Shown here: one piece after another, positions 1 to 8,141 of the stretch
How positions within the stretch are numbered: position 1 is the first letter of the stretch
How the letters are laid out: each line of letters starts with the position of its first letter
Assembly: GCA_016700375.1 (NCBI GenBank)
Contig: CP065016.1
Location: forward strand, 780,001 to 812,000
Direction of reading: 5' to 3'
From: Candidatus Saccharimonadota bacterium
GTDB lineage: Bacteria > Patescibacteriota > Saccharimonadia > Saccharimonadales > UBA4665
DNA length: 32,000 nt
Translations under genes and position numbers: made by a program
Notes under the pieces: generated by a model
Database searches by the model: none
The model's input: the letters and a program-made list of their open reading frames with translations, nothing else
What the model was told of the DNA's origin: nothing

Positions 1-695
1 TGCAAGACGGGGTCTACACCGCCAACTGGGCACTGGTGCGTGGCGACAAAGCCGTGCTATCTAGCCTACCACCATCACGCTGTGGCGAACAGCGCTACGC
101 CGAAGAAGCTCTGAAGAAGCTCGGGAAACGGGTTTATACCGTACCAAATGACCGAAAGTTTAGCGGCCAGGGTGATGCCCTTCCCTGTGGCAATTATCTC
201 TTTTGCGGCAGCGGCTACCGCACAGACCCCGAAGTTCATCCATACCTAGCAGAAACGCTCGGCTATGAAGTAATGACCCTTCGCACCATCCCCCAGATAG
301 ACAAAACCGGAAACCCAGTAACAAACCCTGTTTCTGGCTGGGCCGATAGCTATTTTTATGACCTTGACCTTGCGCTGTCCGTGCTTCGGTTCCCCGCCGC
401 AGAACAAAAAGGCCTTATTGCCTGGTGCCCAGAAGCTTTTATGCCTGAGTCTCGCGATACCCTTGCCAACTTTGGTGGTGTTGAAAAAATAGAGGTGAGC
501 TTTGCCGAGGCGAAAGAAGCCTTTGCCTGCAATCTCGTTAGCACTGGCAGTACTGTTGTTATGAGCGCAAACGCTCCTGAACTTCGGGCCGCCATAGAAG
601 CTCACGGTCTTCAGACTATCACACTCAGCATGCCCGAACTGGCCAAGGGTGGTGGTTTTATCCGCTGCACCACCCTCACCCTTGACAATGAATAG
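1..695 (+). CDS. Amidinotransferase/DDAH/arginine-deiminase-fold (guanidino-group-modifying) enzyme, 5' end cut by window edge
   Basis: Frame 3 is open from nt 3 (QDGVYTANWALVRGDK...), so the track ORF 36..695 continues off the left edge. The C-terminal ...LAKGGGFIRCTTLTL places a Cys after a Gly-rich turn, like the catalytic Cys of this fold. Motif recognition only. Confidence 0.6.
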   Translation, partial: QDGVYTANWALVRGDKAVLSSLPPSRCGEQRYAEEALKKLGKRVYTVPNDRKFSGQGDALPCGNYLFCGSGYRTDPEVHPYLAETLGYEVMTLRTIPQIDKTGNPVTNPVSGWADSYFYDLDLALSVLRFPAAEQKGLIAWCPEAFMPESRDTLANFGGVEKIEVSFAEAKEAFACNLVSTGSTVVMSANAPELRAAIEAHGLQTITLSMPELAKGGGFIRCTTLTLDNE

Positions 696-716
696 AACTT
701 GGTTTTTAGTATATTT

Positions 717-1943
717 ATGATATCTGCCCCGCATACTGAGGCGTTTCCATCCGCTCCGATTCTGCCATTTGAAGAGGCTTTTGTGCCATCGGTTGATTGT
801 GCTGAAAAGCTCGAAAAAATAGCAAGGCGAATTGCCGCCTGCATTGGGTTAGGAGCACTGGCAGTTGGGGGGCTGGCAAGGACCGATAGTGCAATTAACC
901 CTGTCTGGGAGGCGGGACTGGGCCGGCCAGATGTAAACATTGAGCATATCGTCAACGATACTGAACCAAGTGACACCCTAGTTACTATTGCCACCACTCC
1001 TGGTTTCAATGCCAACTACGATGACATGGCCCAGGCAAAAAAGGAGATAGCCAGAGAATATAACGCTAGGCTTGTTTTTGCCCGCAACGGAAACAAAAAT
1101 GTTGACGCAAAAACAATTGCATCACGCATATTTGAGGACATGCCCGCTCCGCGCGAAAATCGTTTTGGTGAAAGCACGCAAAAAAGACTACTCATTCTTG
1201 ATGGCCATAGCATGGGGGGTAAGACGGCACTCGTTGTCGCAGCCTGGTTCGTGGGGCACCATCCCGACATACAGGTAACCATGGTAATGGACTCTACTCC
1301 TTACAGCACTTCAGATGTGCAAGGTCTTGCGGCGCAAAGCGTTGTCCGCGGCTTAAGTGTAGGGGCCCCTCGCAAGAAACAATCGAATCCCACCTTTTCA
1401 ATTGGCCCTGGAGCTCGCTTTATAGCAGAGTCGATAAATAGACTGTCCGAGGAACCAGCACGAGTGGTCACCGATAGACTCTTTGTTGCTCAGACGCTCG
1501 CCGATAAGTTCCGAAATCTGAGCGCTCACAACCAACCGCTTGGAAACAGTGCCCTTTCGGCCGAAGCGGATATTATTGACGCCCCAATTCCTCAAGATAT
1601 AGTTGACCGACTTACAGCTGCTGGCGTCAATATCATCAGACTATCTCCCGACCAAGACACAACTGTATACAACGACTCTTCAGTAAAGGCATTTACGAGC
1701 GATTTTGGGGCTAATTTTTGCAATCTGCCTGTTTTGGGCGCCACGCATGGTAGCCCAAACGAAAGTGCTAGCCACGCTGCTTACATGGAACGTTGGCAAC
1801 AAATACTTGGCGGCATTATCGGCCTGCGTCCCCACAGCAACCTATCCGACAGATATATTGGCCATATCGTTATCCCCGCCGCTTCAAGCGCAGTCGATCA
1901 AGCTATCGCGCGTCAGCCGCTGCTTACAAAATGTGAAAGCTAA
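717..1943 (+). CDS. Alpha/beta-hydrolase-fold protein (esterase/lipase-like)
   Basis: Long ORF with nucleophile elbow GHSMGG (LILDGHSMGGKTAL). The first ATG is at 717 (track start 699 is TTG). A hydrophobic segment IAACIGLGALAVGGLA lies near the N-terminus. Confidence 0.6.
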   Translation: MISAPHTEAFPSAPILPFEEAFVPSVDCAEKLEKIARRIAACIGLGALAVGGLARTDSAINPVWEAGLGRPDVNIEHIVNDTEPSDTLVTIATTPGFNANYDDMAQAKKEIAREYNARLVFARNGNKNVDAKTIASRIFEDMPAPRENRFGESTQKRLLILDGHSMGGKTALVVAAWFVGHHPDIQVTMVMDSTPYSTSDVQGLAAQSVVRGLSVGAPRKKQSNPTFSIGPGARFIAESINRLSEEPARVVTDRLFVAQTLADKFRNLSAHNQPLGNSALSAEADIIDAPIPQDIVDRLTAAGVNIIRLSPDQDTTVYNDSSVKAFTSDFGANFCNLPVLGATHGSPNESASHAAYMERWQQILGGIIGLRPHSNLSDRYIGHIVIPAASSAVDQAIARQPLLTKCES

Positions 1944-1959
1944 GTTGACTGTACTTTGT

Positions 1960-3327
1960 TTACTGTTTGTCTAGTATAGGTGCAAGTGCTTCTTTCGCAG
2001 TAGCAATTTCATCCCACGGGTCCGTGCGAACGCGTTCGGGGTTGGTATCGTCCTGCTGCAAATGACGGAGTTCGGCGGCCCGTGGGCCGTTCCGCTCTAT
2101 GGTTTTTTCGTGTCCTTTACCCAGTAGCAGTACCGTGTCGTCGGGCGATGTCGCGCGAGAGAAAGCAAACGCAATCGCCTCGGTACGGTCGTGTACAAGA
2201 AATAGGTTTTTATTCTGCACCTTACCCGCCTCGGCCGCGCCAGCTGCAATCTGTTCCATAATCTGCTGGCCGTCCATATCACGGTCATCTTCTTCGGTAA
2301 CTACCACCTCATCGGCGTACTTCCCGGCCAGTCTTCCCTGCACTGCCCGCTTGGCTTCGTCGCGCCGCCCGGCCGAACCAAATAATACTATCAACTTCCC
2401 CTTCACTACTGGCCGTATATCTTTGAACAGCTTCTCAAAGCTATCTGGCGTATGCGCAAAATCTACGATGACAGAAAAATCTTGCCCTTCATCCACCGTT
2501 GCCATCCGCCCCTCCACACCCTGCAAGGTGGCAATTCCCTGCTCTACCTGCTCGCGTGTGAGCCCGACCGCCTGCCCCACGCACACAGCAGCCAAGGTGT
2601 TATACACATTAAAACTACCCGGTAAATGGCTGGAAATATGGTACGTGTCTGTACCGGCCGTAGCGGTATAGCGAATGCCGTCCGGCCGAAGCTGCACGCT
2701 GGTTGCCCGCACATCGCCCGCTTCAAGCCCGTACGACACCCTATTTTCGGTTTCCTGCCCAAACTCGACACTATGAGGGTCGTCGGCATTCACCACACCC
2801 AGGCGCCTTCCTCGTGCGTTTCGCTGTGCTAGTGTAAACAGCCGCCGTTTGGCCGCCCGATAGTTTTCAAACGTTTTATGATAATCCAGATGCTCGTGTG
2901 TAATGTTCGTCATGACGGCAATGCTGTACGGTACGCCCCACGTGCGGTACTGCGCCAGCGCGTGGCTCGTGGTTTCCAGCACCAGCCAGTCCATGCCCTG
3001 CGCTTTCATCTTCTTGAGCCGCTGCATGAGTTCGCGCGGGCCAACATTGGTCATATGGTGAATTTGCGGTCGAATGTCCCGCCCCACACCGTAACCAACT
3101 GTGGTCATAATCCCGGCCTTATACCCCGCCTCGACCAGCATGTGATGGATAAGGAACGTTGTAGTCGTCTTACCGTTCGTACCAGTTACCCCAATAACCT
3201 GTAGCCCGCGCCCCGGAAACCCATATACCACATTCCAAAAAACCGCTTCAACCAAATGCCCCACAGGCGCAACCCGGGCAAACAACCCGCTCGGCACCAC
3301 CCGCTTCACCATGCTTCGTATACTCAT
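1960..3327 (-). CDS. murE: Mur ligase family, MurE-like UDP-MurNAc-dipeptide amino-acid ligase
   Basis: The motifs GVTGTNGKTTT (P-loop), ETTSHAL, TNITHEHLDYH..YRAAK, DFAHTPDS and FGSAGRRD occur in MurE order. The position of the DAP-specifying DNPR motif reads EEDDRD. Confidence 0.75.
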   Translation of the reverse strand: MSIRSMVKRVVPSGLFARVAPVGHLVEAVFWNVVYGFPGRGLQVIGVTGTNGKTTTTFLIHHMLVEAGYKAGIMTTVGYGVGRDIRPQIHHMTNVGPRELMQRLKKMKAQGMDWLVLETTSHALAQYRTWGVPYSIAVMTNITHEHLDYHKTFENYRAAKRRLFTLAQRNARGRRLGVVNADDPHSVEFGQETENRVSYGLEAGDVRATSVQLRPDGIRYTATAGTDTYHISSHLPGSFNVYNTLAAVCVGQAVGLTREQVEQGIATLQGVEGRMATVDEGQDFSVIVDFAHTPDSFEKLFKDIRPVVKGKLIVLFGSAGRRDEAKRAVQGRLAGKYADEVVVTEEDDRDMDGQQIMEQIAAGAAEAGKVQNKNLFLVHDRTEAIAFAFSRATSPDDTVLLLGKGHEKTIERNGPRAAELRHLQQDDTNPERVRTDPWDEIATAKEALAPILDKQ

Positions 3328-3334
3328 ACCCTAC

Positions 3335-3340
3335 AGTATA
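3335..3340 (-). promoter_or_regulatory. -10 box TATACT, 7 nt upstream of the murE-like ATG (leaderless-type)
   Basis: The minus strand reads cgcTATACTgtagggtATG; there is no Shine-Dalgarno sequence. Confidence 0.4.
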
Positions 3341-3380
3341 GCGAACACGTGTAACTATCTAACATAATTCTGATAGTTGT

Positions 3381-6149
3381 TTATGGGCGTTTTTTGCGAT
3401 TATTGTTATTTGGGGTTGCACCAGGCAAGACTGAAGCATGGCGGCTACGTTTCGTGGCCTGCTTCCGAGCTGTACGCGCACGCTTATCTCTTAGCCAGTG
3501 CACTGCTTTGCCAAGCCCGCGAAGGGCAACGTCCTCGTCATCCTCAATATATGCACCGACTACTTCCTGTCCTGCTTCTAAGGACGCTTCTTGATCGGCT
3601 CTATGTGTTGGACGGAGCAAACCGGGTCCCCGTAGCGCTGGATTTGTGCTTCCCGGTCCTGCTGGTGTAAGTCGCTCGGCATTAGTAGCAAATGGATCGG
3701 GCTGACCTACCTGAATAACAACGGCTGCCTTTTCTCTAAAGTTTCGACCAGGCGCTCCAGTGTCAGGATTTCTACCTTCCTGACCATATTCTTCAATAAA
3801 TCGTTGAGCAGCTTCTCGAGGGTCACCTTCTGTCTCCAAGATATCTCGTATGCTTACATTGTTCTCGCTATACCGGCGCGTTGCTGCATCATCACGCGGT
3901 ACATCACCGTCGCCGAATATACCGGCAGAAGTTATGAGTATTTTATCGCCTCTTTCAAGTGCCCGAACAGCGATTTCATGGCCATTTCGAGTGACATGAG
4001 CGACAAGGTCATCGCCTTCAAAGGCATCAGCTAACGTGCCGTCGCGGTAGACTGCAGCCATGCCATGACCCGCACGAGCTGCAACTAAATGAGGTTTCCC
4101 ATTTACCTCTATGATACGGGTGAGTACTCCTTCAGCATCATTTCGCTCACCATGCAAGGCAGTCGCATTCGCGCTACGCTGCATGGCTTCATGCAGCTGT
4201 GTCATAGCGTCTTCTATAGTACGGGGTTGGGGTTGGTTTTCAAGGTATAGGCGCGCTCTTTGTTGAGCGGCTTCGGCGGGGCTACGACCGCTTCTCACAT
4301 CGGCGTTTTTAAGTAAATTGTAAGCACTGTATATGCCTCGCGCATCATCAGCTCCACTAAAAGCATGTGGACTGAAATCTGTACGACTGAATGATTCCCT
4401 TGTGCGACGAAATGTTCTGCCCTGACCGGAGCGAATATCGAGTGGACGAGGTTTCATTACCTCGCCATACTGCAAGAGAATTGCAGATTTATCTGCGCCT
4501 GTTCTCCCTAAGGTGCAACATAATTCCGCTGCACGCTCGGCGGACTTTGCATCTGAACCATTTCCAAGCGCCGCCACCGTAAACACATCTCCATATTCAC
4601 GGAGAAGCTGGCTAGGCAAGTTCATGCTACGAGCGTCCCTGTCTTTTTGCTTATCACTTAAGGTGCCACCCGAAGCAAGAAGGACCATGTCCCCAGGCTG
4701 AAGCTCAACACTAAAGAAGCCTCCTTCATTTCCATCAACATGGTGCGGATGTCCGAAGCCATCAGCCATATACGTTCCAGTTTCTTGGGTTTTTCCTATA
4801 GGGGTTAGCTGTCCATTTCGCCAAAGCATGATAGGCGAGTTTCCAATGCTTCCTGTTATGAGGTAATCCTTCCCTTCTATGTGCTCAACCTTTGCAACAG
4901 TGGCAGACGAAACTCCGCCACTACCGTCACGAGGTAATGTTTCTTGGGTATGCATAAATGCCGCCTTCATCCGTGCCGCGGCCTCAGCAGGGCTCTCGGG
5001 TTGACCTTCTTCTTGAGCATAGAAGTCCCTTATAGCTTTTTCGGCTTGTCTGGTAGCGTTTTGTGCATTGCTTGTTTCGCTCAGCCCACCAAAAACAGCA
5101 TACAATCCGCGTTCATCTATGTGCCTATCTTCACCGCGAGGCGTACGCTCTTTTGCAACCGAACGAAGTGGGTGATTTAGTTTTCTTACTTCTGGGGTTT
5201 TTTTACGCTCCGATGCTTTCGGACTGTCTTGCGCTGGTTCAGGTTTTGTAGGCTCCGTTTGTTCCCCACCTTTTTTAGCAGCGGCTTCCGCTGCCTTTTT
5301 TCCAGCTTCGTTGTGCCCATATAGCCGGGCCCCGACGTCTTTCGGCAATACCGTTTCTGTCACATTGCCTGAAGCGTCTGTTTCCACTAACGTGTACTCG
5401 GCGTAGGGAGCACCACTTGGCGCAGTTTTTTCAGTCCTAGTCACGCAACCCGCAAGCGCATCAAGCTCCCCTTCTTCCTCTCGAGTCAGCAAGGACGGCT
5501 TCCCTTTTCCGGGGTGCCTTCTTGTCAGTAAATCTCTCACCCCGTCATATCCATCACCTGAGGTCTTGGTCTCCGGCGCAGACGCACCAGAAGTGGACGG
5601 TTTAGGATTGCCCGACCCAGTTGGGGGAGCATGCTTTTTTGAGTTAGTTGGACGACCGCTCCCGGTTCTTGCGGTGCCCCGAGGAGGCTCTGTGCCAACA
5701 GGTTTTGGCGCGGTCCAGCCCGAAGGAGTTGAACTACCTGTCTCTGTATTATCCTGTGGGCTCCACTGGCGCCTATAGTCCAAAAGTGCCTGCCCAACGG
5801 TAGGATTGAGTTCCTCCTCACGGGGCTTCCCGTCTTGGCCGGTTGTCGTGCGGAAAAATAAAGTTTGTGGCCCCATGACAACTTCATCGCTATCACTGGC
5901 TGCAGAACCATCCTCAATATACACCGTCTCGGTCCTGACTCCGGCTGCAAGTTTGTCTAGGGCTGCAAGGTCATCTGGTGGCTGGGCGCCTGTGCGAGCC
6001 CCATCCGCAACCCGAAGCATTGTAGCTTGCAGATCATCAACCAATTCGGGAGTGAATGGTCCGGCAAACCTGTCTGCAGGGTCAACGATAGGTCCGGCCT
6101 GGTCGGTCGGGTCTATTGCGGGTGTGATTCCTTCGCCTGGTGCTGCCAT
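3381..6149 (-). CDS. 922-aa hypothetical protein: disordered P/G/S/T/K-rich N-terminal third, two degenerate PP2C/SpoIIE-like modules, strongly basic C-terminal tail
   Basis: Uninterrupted 2.77-kb ORF. A PP2C-like motif order occurs twice (GLYAVFGG.. / ITGSIGNSPIMLWRNGQL / GDMVLLASGG / ADKSAILLQY, and again AARAGHGMAAVYRDGTL / GDKILITSAG / KAAVVIQV), with the usual metal-binding Asp residues replaced. The tail is ..RDKRARTARKQATKRSRH...NRKKRP. No signal peptide is evident. Confidence 0.7.
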   Translation of the reverse strand: MAAPGEGITPAIDPTDQAGPIVDPADRFAGPFTPELVDDLQATMLRVADGARTGAQPPDDLAALDKLAAGVRTETVYIEDGSAASDSDEVVMGPQTLFFRTTTGQDGKPREEELNPTVGQALLDYRRQWSPQDNTETGSSTPSGWTAPKPVGTEPPRGTARTGSGRPTNSKKHAPPTGSGNPKPSTSGASAPETKTSGDGYDGVRDLLTRRHPGKGKPSLLTREEEGELDALAGCVTRTEKTAPSGAPYAEYTLVETDASGNVTETVLPKDVGARLYGHNEAGKKAAEAAAKKGGEQTEPTKPEPAQDSPKASERKKTPEVRKLNHPLRSVAKERTPRGEDRHIDERGLYAVFGGLSETSNAQNATRQAEKAIRDFYAQEEGQPESPAEAAARMKAAFMHTQETLPRDGSGGVSSATVAKVEHIEGKDYLITGSIGNSPIMLWRNGQLTPIGKTQETGTYMADGFGHPHHVDGNEGGFFSVELQPGDMVLLASGGTLSDKQKDRDARSMNLPSQLLREYGDVFTVAALGNGSDAKSAERAAELCCTLGRTGADKSAILLQYGEVMKPRPLDIRSGQGRTFRRTRESFSRTDFSPHAFSGADDARGIYSAYNLLKNADVRSGRSPAEAAQQRARLYLENQPQPRTIEDAMTQLHEAMQRSANATALHGERNDAEGVLTRIIEVNGKPHLVAARAGHGMAAVYRDGTLADAFEGDDLVAHVTRNGHEIAVRALERGDKILITSAGIFGDGDVPRDDAATRRYSENNVSIRDILETEGDPREAAQRFIEEYGQEGRNPDTGAPGRNFREKAAVVIQVGQPDPFATNAERLTPAGPGSTNPALRGPGLLRPTHRADQEASLEAGQEVVGAYIEDDEDVALRGLGKAVHWLRDKRARTARKQATKRSRHASVLPGATPNNNNRKKRP

Positions 6150-6288
6150 GATTGTTATCTATTCCTAAGAGGTTATGATATTTTTTTGTTTTGTGTTTTA
6201 ACATGTGTATATTAGCAAATCTTAAGCATTTTGTCAACTATATAGACCTGTGTTTGCGGGTATGTCAAATGTTTTACAACGATTAGTT

Positions 6289-6297
6289 TGGTATACT
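6289..6297 (+). promoter_or_regulatory. Extended -10 (TGgTATACT), 8 nt before the tsaD ATG
   Basis: ttTGgTATACTcgtaccagATG. Confidence 0.45.
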
Positions 6298-6305
6298 CGT
6301 ACCAG

Positions 6306-7373
6306 ATGAGAGTTCTAGGTATCGAGACAAGTTGTGATGAAACTGCAGCGAGCGTTGTCGAAGACGGGTATAGGCTGCTTTCGAATGTGGTTGCCAGCAG
6401 TGCCGACTTGCAGGCGCAGTACGGTGGTGTGGTGCCTGAAATAGCGGCGCGAAGCCATATAGAGGCCGTTAATTCCGTGGTGGATGCAGCTATAACAGAG
6501 AGCGGTTCCACCTGGGACGATATAGACGCTATAGCCGTAACGTACGGTCCGGGCTTGGGCGGTTCCCTGCTCATAGGTGTACTAACTGCTCGGACGCTTG
6601 CAATCACATATGATAAACCTTTGTATGCTATTAACCACGTCGAAGCACACGTATACGCTAACTTCCTAACAGAAGATAACAATCAACCAACTACCAACTA
6701 CCAACTACCAACTACGCAGCCCGTTTTCCCCATGCTCGCTATTATCGTCAGCGGGGGGCATTGTCAACTCGCGGTATTCAGAGACCATTTTGATTACACC
6801 CTGCTGGGAGAAACTGGCGACGATGCCGTAGGAGAAGCGTTTGATAAGGTAGCGAAAATGCTTGGGTTCCCCTACCCTGGCGGCCCAAAGATTAGTCAGA
6901 TCGCCAAAAAGGGCAACCCATATGCCTTCGATTTCCCAAAAGCTAAGATGAGTAAATACGACTTTAGTTACTCTGGGCTCAAAACAGCCGTACTACGGAC
7001 GGCTCAAGAGCTAATCGGCGAAGACCATACATTTCCGTCAAAAAACCTGCCAAAACGCCTCTCTGAGGCTCAGAAGGCCGATATTGCTGCGAGTTTCCAG
7101 CATGTGGCTATAGAAACAATTGTCGATAAGGCGCTTCAAGCATACGAAGAGTTTTCGCCTGCCAGTGTTGTCATAGCTGGCGGCGTGGCAGCCAGCCCAG
7201 AGCTGCGCCGCCAGCTCGCCGAAAGACTCCCTTGCCCCATTGCCTACACCGACCCACGCCTGTGTACCGACAACGGCGCCATGATAGCCACGCTGGGCTG
7301 TTTTCACATGAAACAGGCGCGCCCCACCGCCAACCCCTACAGCCTAGACATACAGCCAAACCTGAGCATGTAA
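6306..7373 (+). CDS. tsaD: tRNA N6-adenosine threonylcarbamoyltransferase TsaD (Kae1/Gcp family)
   Basis: MRVLGIETSCDETAASVV, GPGLGGSLLIGV, HVEAH and SGGH motifs. ATG at 6306 is preferred over the track TTG at 6288. Confidence 0.9.
   Translation: MRVLGIETSCDETAASVVEDGYRLLSNVVASSADLQAQYGGVVPEIAARSHIEAVNSVVDAAITESGSTWDDIDAIAVTYGPGLGGSLLIGVLTARTLAITYDKPLYAINHVEAHVYANFLTEDNNQPTTNYQLPTTQPVFPMLAIIVSGGHCQLAVFRDHFDYTLLGETGDDAVGEAFDKVAKMLGFPYPGGPKISQIAKKGNPYAFDFPKAKMSKYDFSYSGLKTAVLRTAQELIGEDHTFPSKNLPKRLSEAQKADIAASFQHVAIETIVDKALQAYEEFSPASVVIAGGVAASPELRRQLAERLPCPIAYTDPRLCTDNGAMIATLGCFHMKQARPTANPYSLDIQPNLSM
6687..6714 (+). repeat. 4 x CCAACTA heptamer tandem repeat inside tsaD
   Basis: ccaacta ccaacta ccaacta ccaacta, read directly. 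It encodes part of NNQPTTNYQLPTTQ between the HVEAH region and the SGGH motif. Confidence 0.9.
7301..7373 (+). repeat. Direct repeat copy 1 (in-use 3' end of tsaD)
   Basis: 67/73 identical to 8036..8108. Confidence 0.9.
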
Positions 7374-7631
7374 TTATCCGTACAGCTGACTGTGTGTGCC
7401 TACCTGGTCAAACACAGCTTCATCACCAGATTCAAAATATACAGCGCGGATATCACCACTAATATCTATGCTGCGGTATCCGCTCCATTTTCCCCTCAGA
7501 CGATGATTGCGTAATTGCGTATGTAATGGGTTTTGTGCAAATAGAGCCAACCTGGCTTCAAGTTTCTGTCGCTCAGCAGCACGAAGCAGTTTAGCCCGAT
7601 TAACAAAACCTTTTGTAAGGCGAATATTCAT
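7374..7631 (-). CDS. RelE/YafQ-family type II toxin (mRNA interferase)
   Basis: 85 aa. LRNHRLRGKWSGYRSIDISGDIRAVY....VGTHSQLYG matches the H-L-G...D-R..Y...G-H-Y pattern of RelE/YafQ toxins. It has a 4-bp ATGA overlap with the upstream antitoxin. Confidence 0.8.
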   Translation of the reverse strand: MNIRLTKGFVNRAKLLRAAERQKLEARLALFAQNPLHTQLRNHRLRGKWSGYRSIDISGDIRAVYFESGDEAVFDQVGTHSQLYG

Positions 7632-7909
7632 GAGAGCTGTTCGTGCAGGAAAGCTAACGCTTCATCATTGGAATCAAACTTGTAGTAATCCCCTGCCTCA
7701 ATCTCTTTACGAGACTTTTCCATCAGTTTGGCAGTTTTAGCATTGGGAATCTCTGGCAGCTCAAACGTCACACTTCGCTCACGCGCAAATCGATGCAGCT
7801 CGTTATTGAGCACAGCGCTTACACTCACACCCAGTTCATCTGCAATTTTCTGTACTGTTTTTTTCAAAACAGGATCTGTTTTAAGATTAATAACCGCATA
7901 ATTACTCAT
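7628..7909 (-). CDS. RelB/DinJ-family antitoxin
   Basis: MSNYAVINLKTDPVLKKTVQKIADELGVSVSAVLNNELHRFARERSVTFELPE resembles the DinJ N-terminal RHH domain. The start at 7909 sits 6 nt after a consensus -10 box (track start 7948 is less likely). Confidence 0.75.
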   Translation of the reverse strand: MSNYAVINLKTDPVLKKTVQKIADELGVSVSAVLNNELHRFARERSVTFELPEIPNAKTAKLMEKSRKEIEAGDYYKFDSNDEALAFLHEQLS

Positions 7910-7915
7910 ACCAAA

Positions 7916-7944
7916 AGTATACACCGAGTATATACTCATGTCAA
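7916..7944 (-). promoter_or_regulatory. TTGACA-17-TATACT promoter of the TA operon with internal 12-bp palindrome GAGTATATACTC (candidate operator)
   Basis: The minus strand reads gTTGACAtGAGTATATACTCggtgTATACTtttggtATG. Confidence 0.6.
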
Positions 7945-8035
7945 ACAAGCTTGAGCATCATGCCTTCTTTTCGTCATTTCCAGCCCAATCAGAAGTCTCG
8001 TAGCGTCATAATGCTAGATGCGCAATGAATTCCCA

Positions 8036-8108
8036 TTTTCACATGAAACTAGCCCGCCCCACCGCCGACCCTTACAGCCTAGACATACAGCCAAACCTGA
8101 GCATGTAG
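8036..8108 (+). repeat. Direct repeat copy 2 (orphan tsaD 3'-end fragment, reading frame preserved)
   Basis: It would encode FHMKLARPTADPYSLDIQPNLSM*, compared with FHMKQARPTANPYSLDIQPNLSM* in tsaD. Confidence 0.9.
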
Positions 8109-8125
8109 GCTTCATCTCCCAGGGG

Positions 8126-8134
8126 TGGTACAAT
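8126..8134 (+). promoter_or_regulatory. Extended -10 (TGgTACAAT), 7 nt before the valS ATG
   Basis: ggTGgTACAATagtaggtATG. Confidence 0.45.
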
Positions 8135-8141
8135 AGTAGGT

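Noticed and set aside
6212-6682. 156-aa minus-strand ORF overlapping the 5' half of tsaD.
   Set aside because: It is antisense to the strongly conserved TsaD N-terminal domain and has no independent support.
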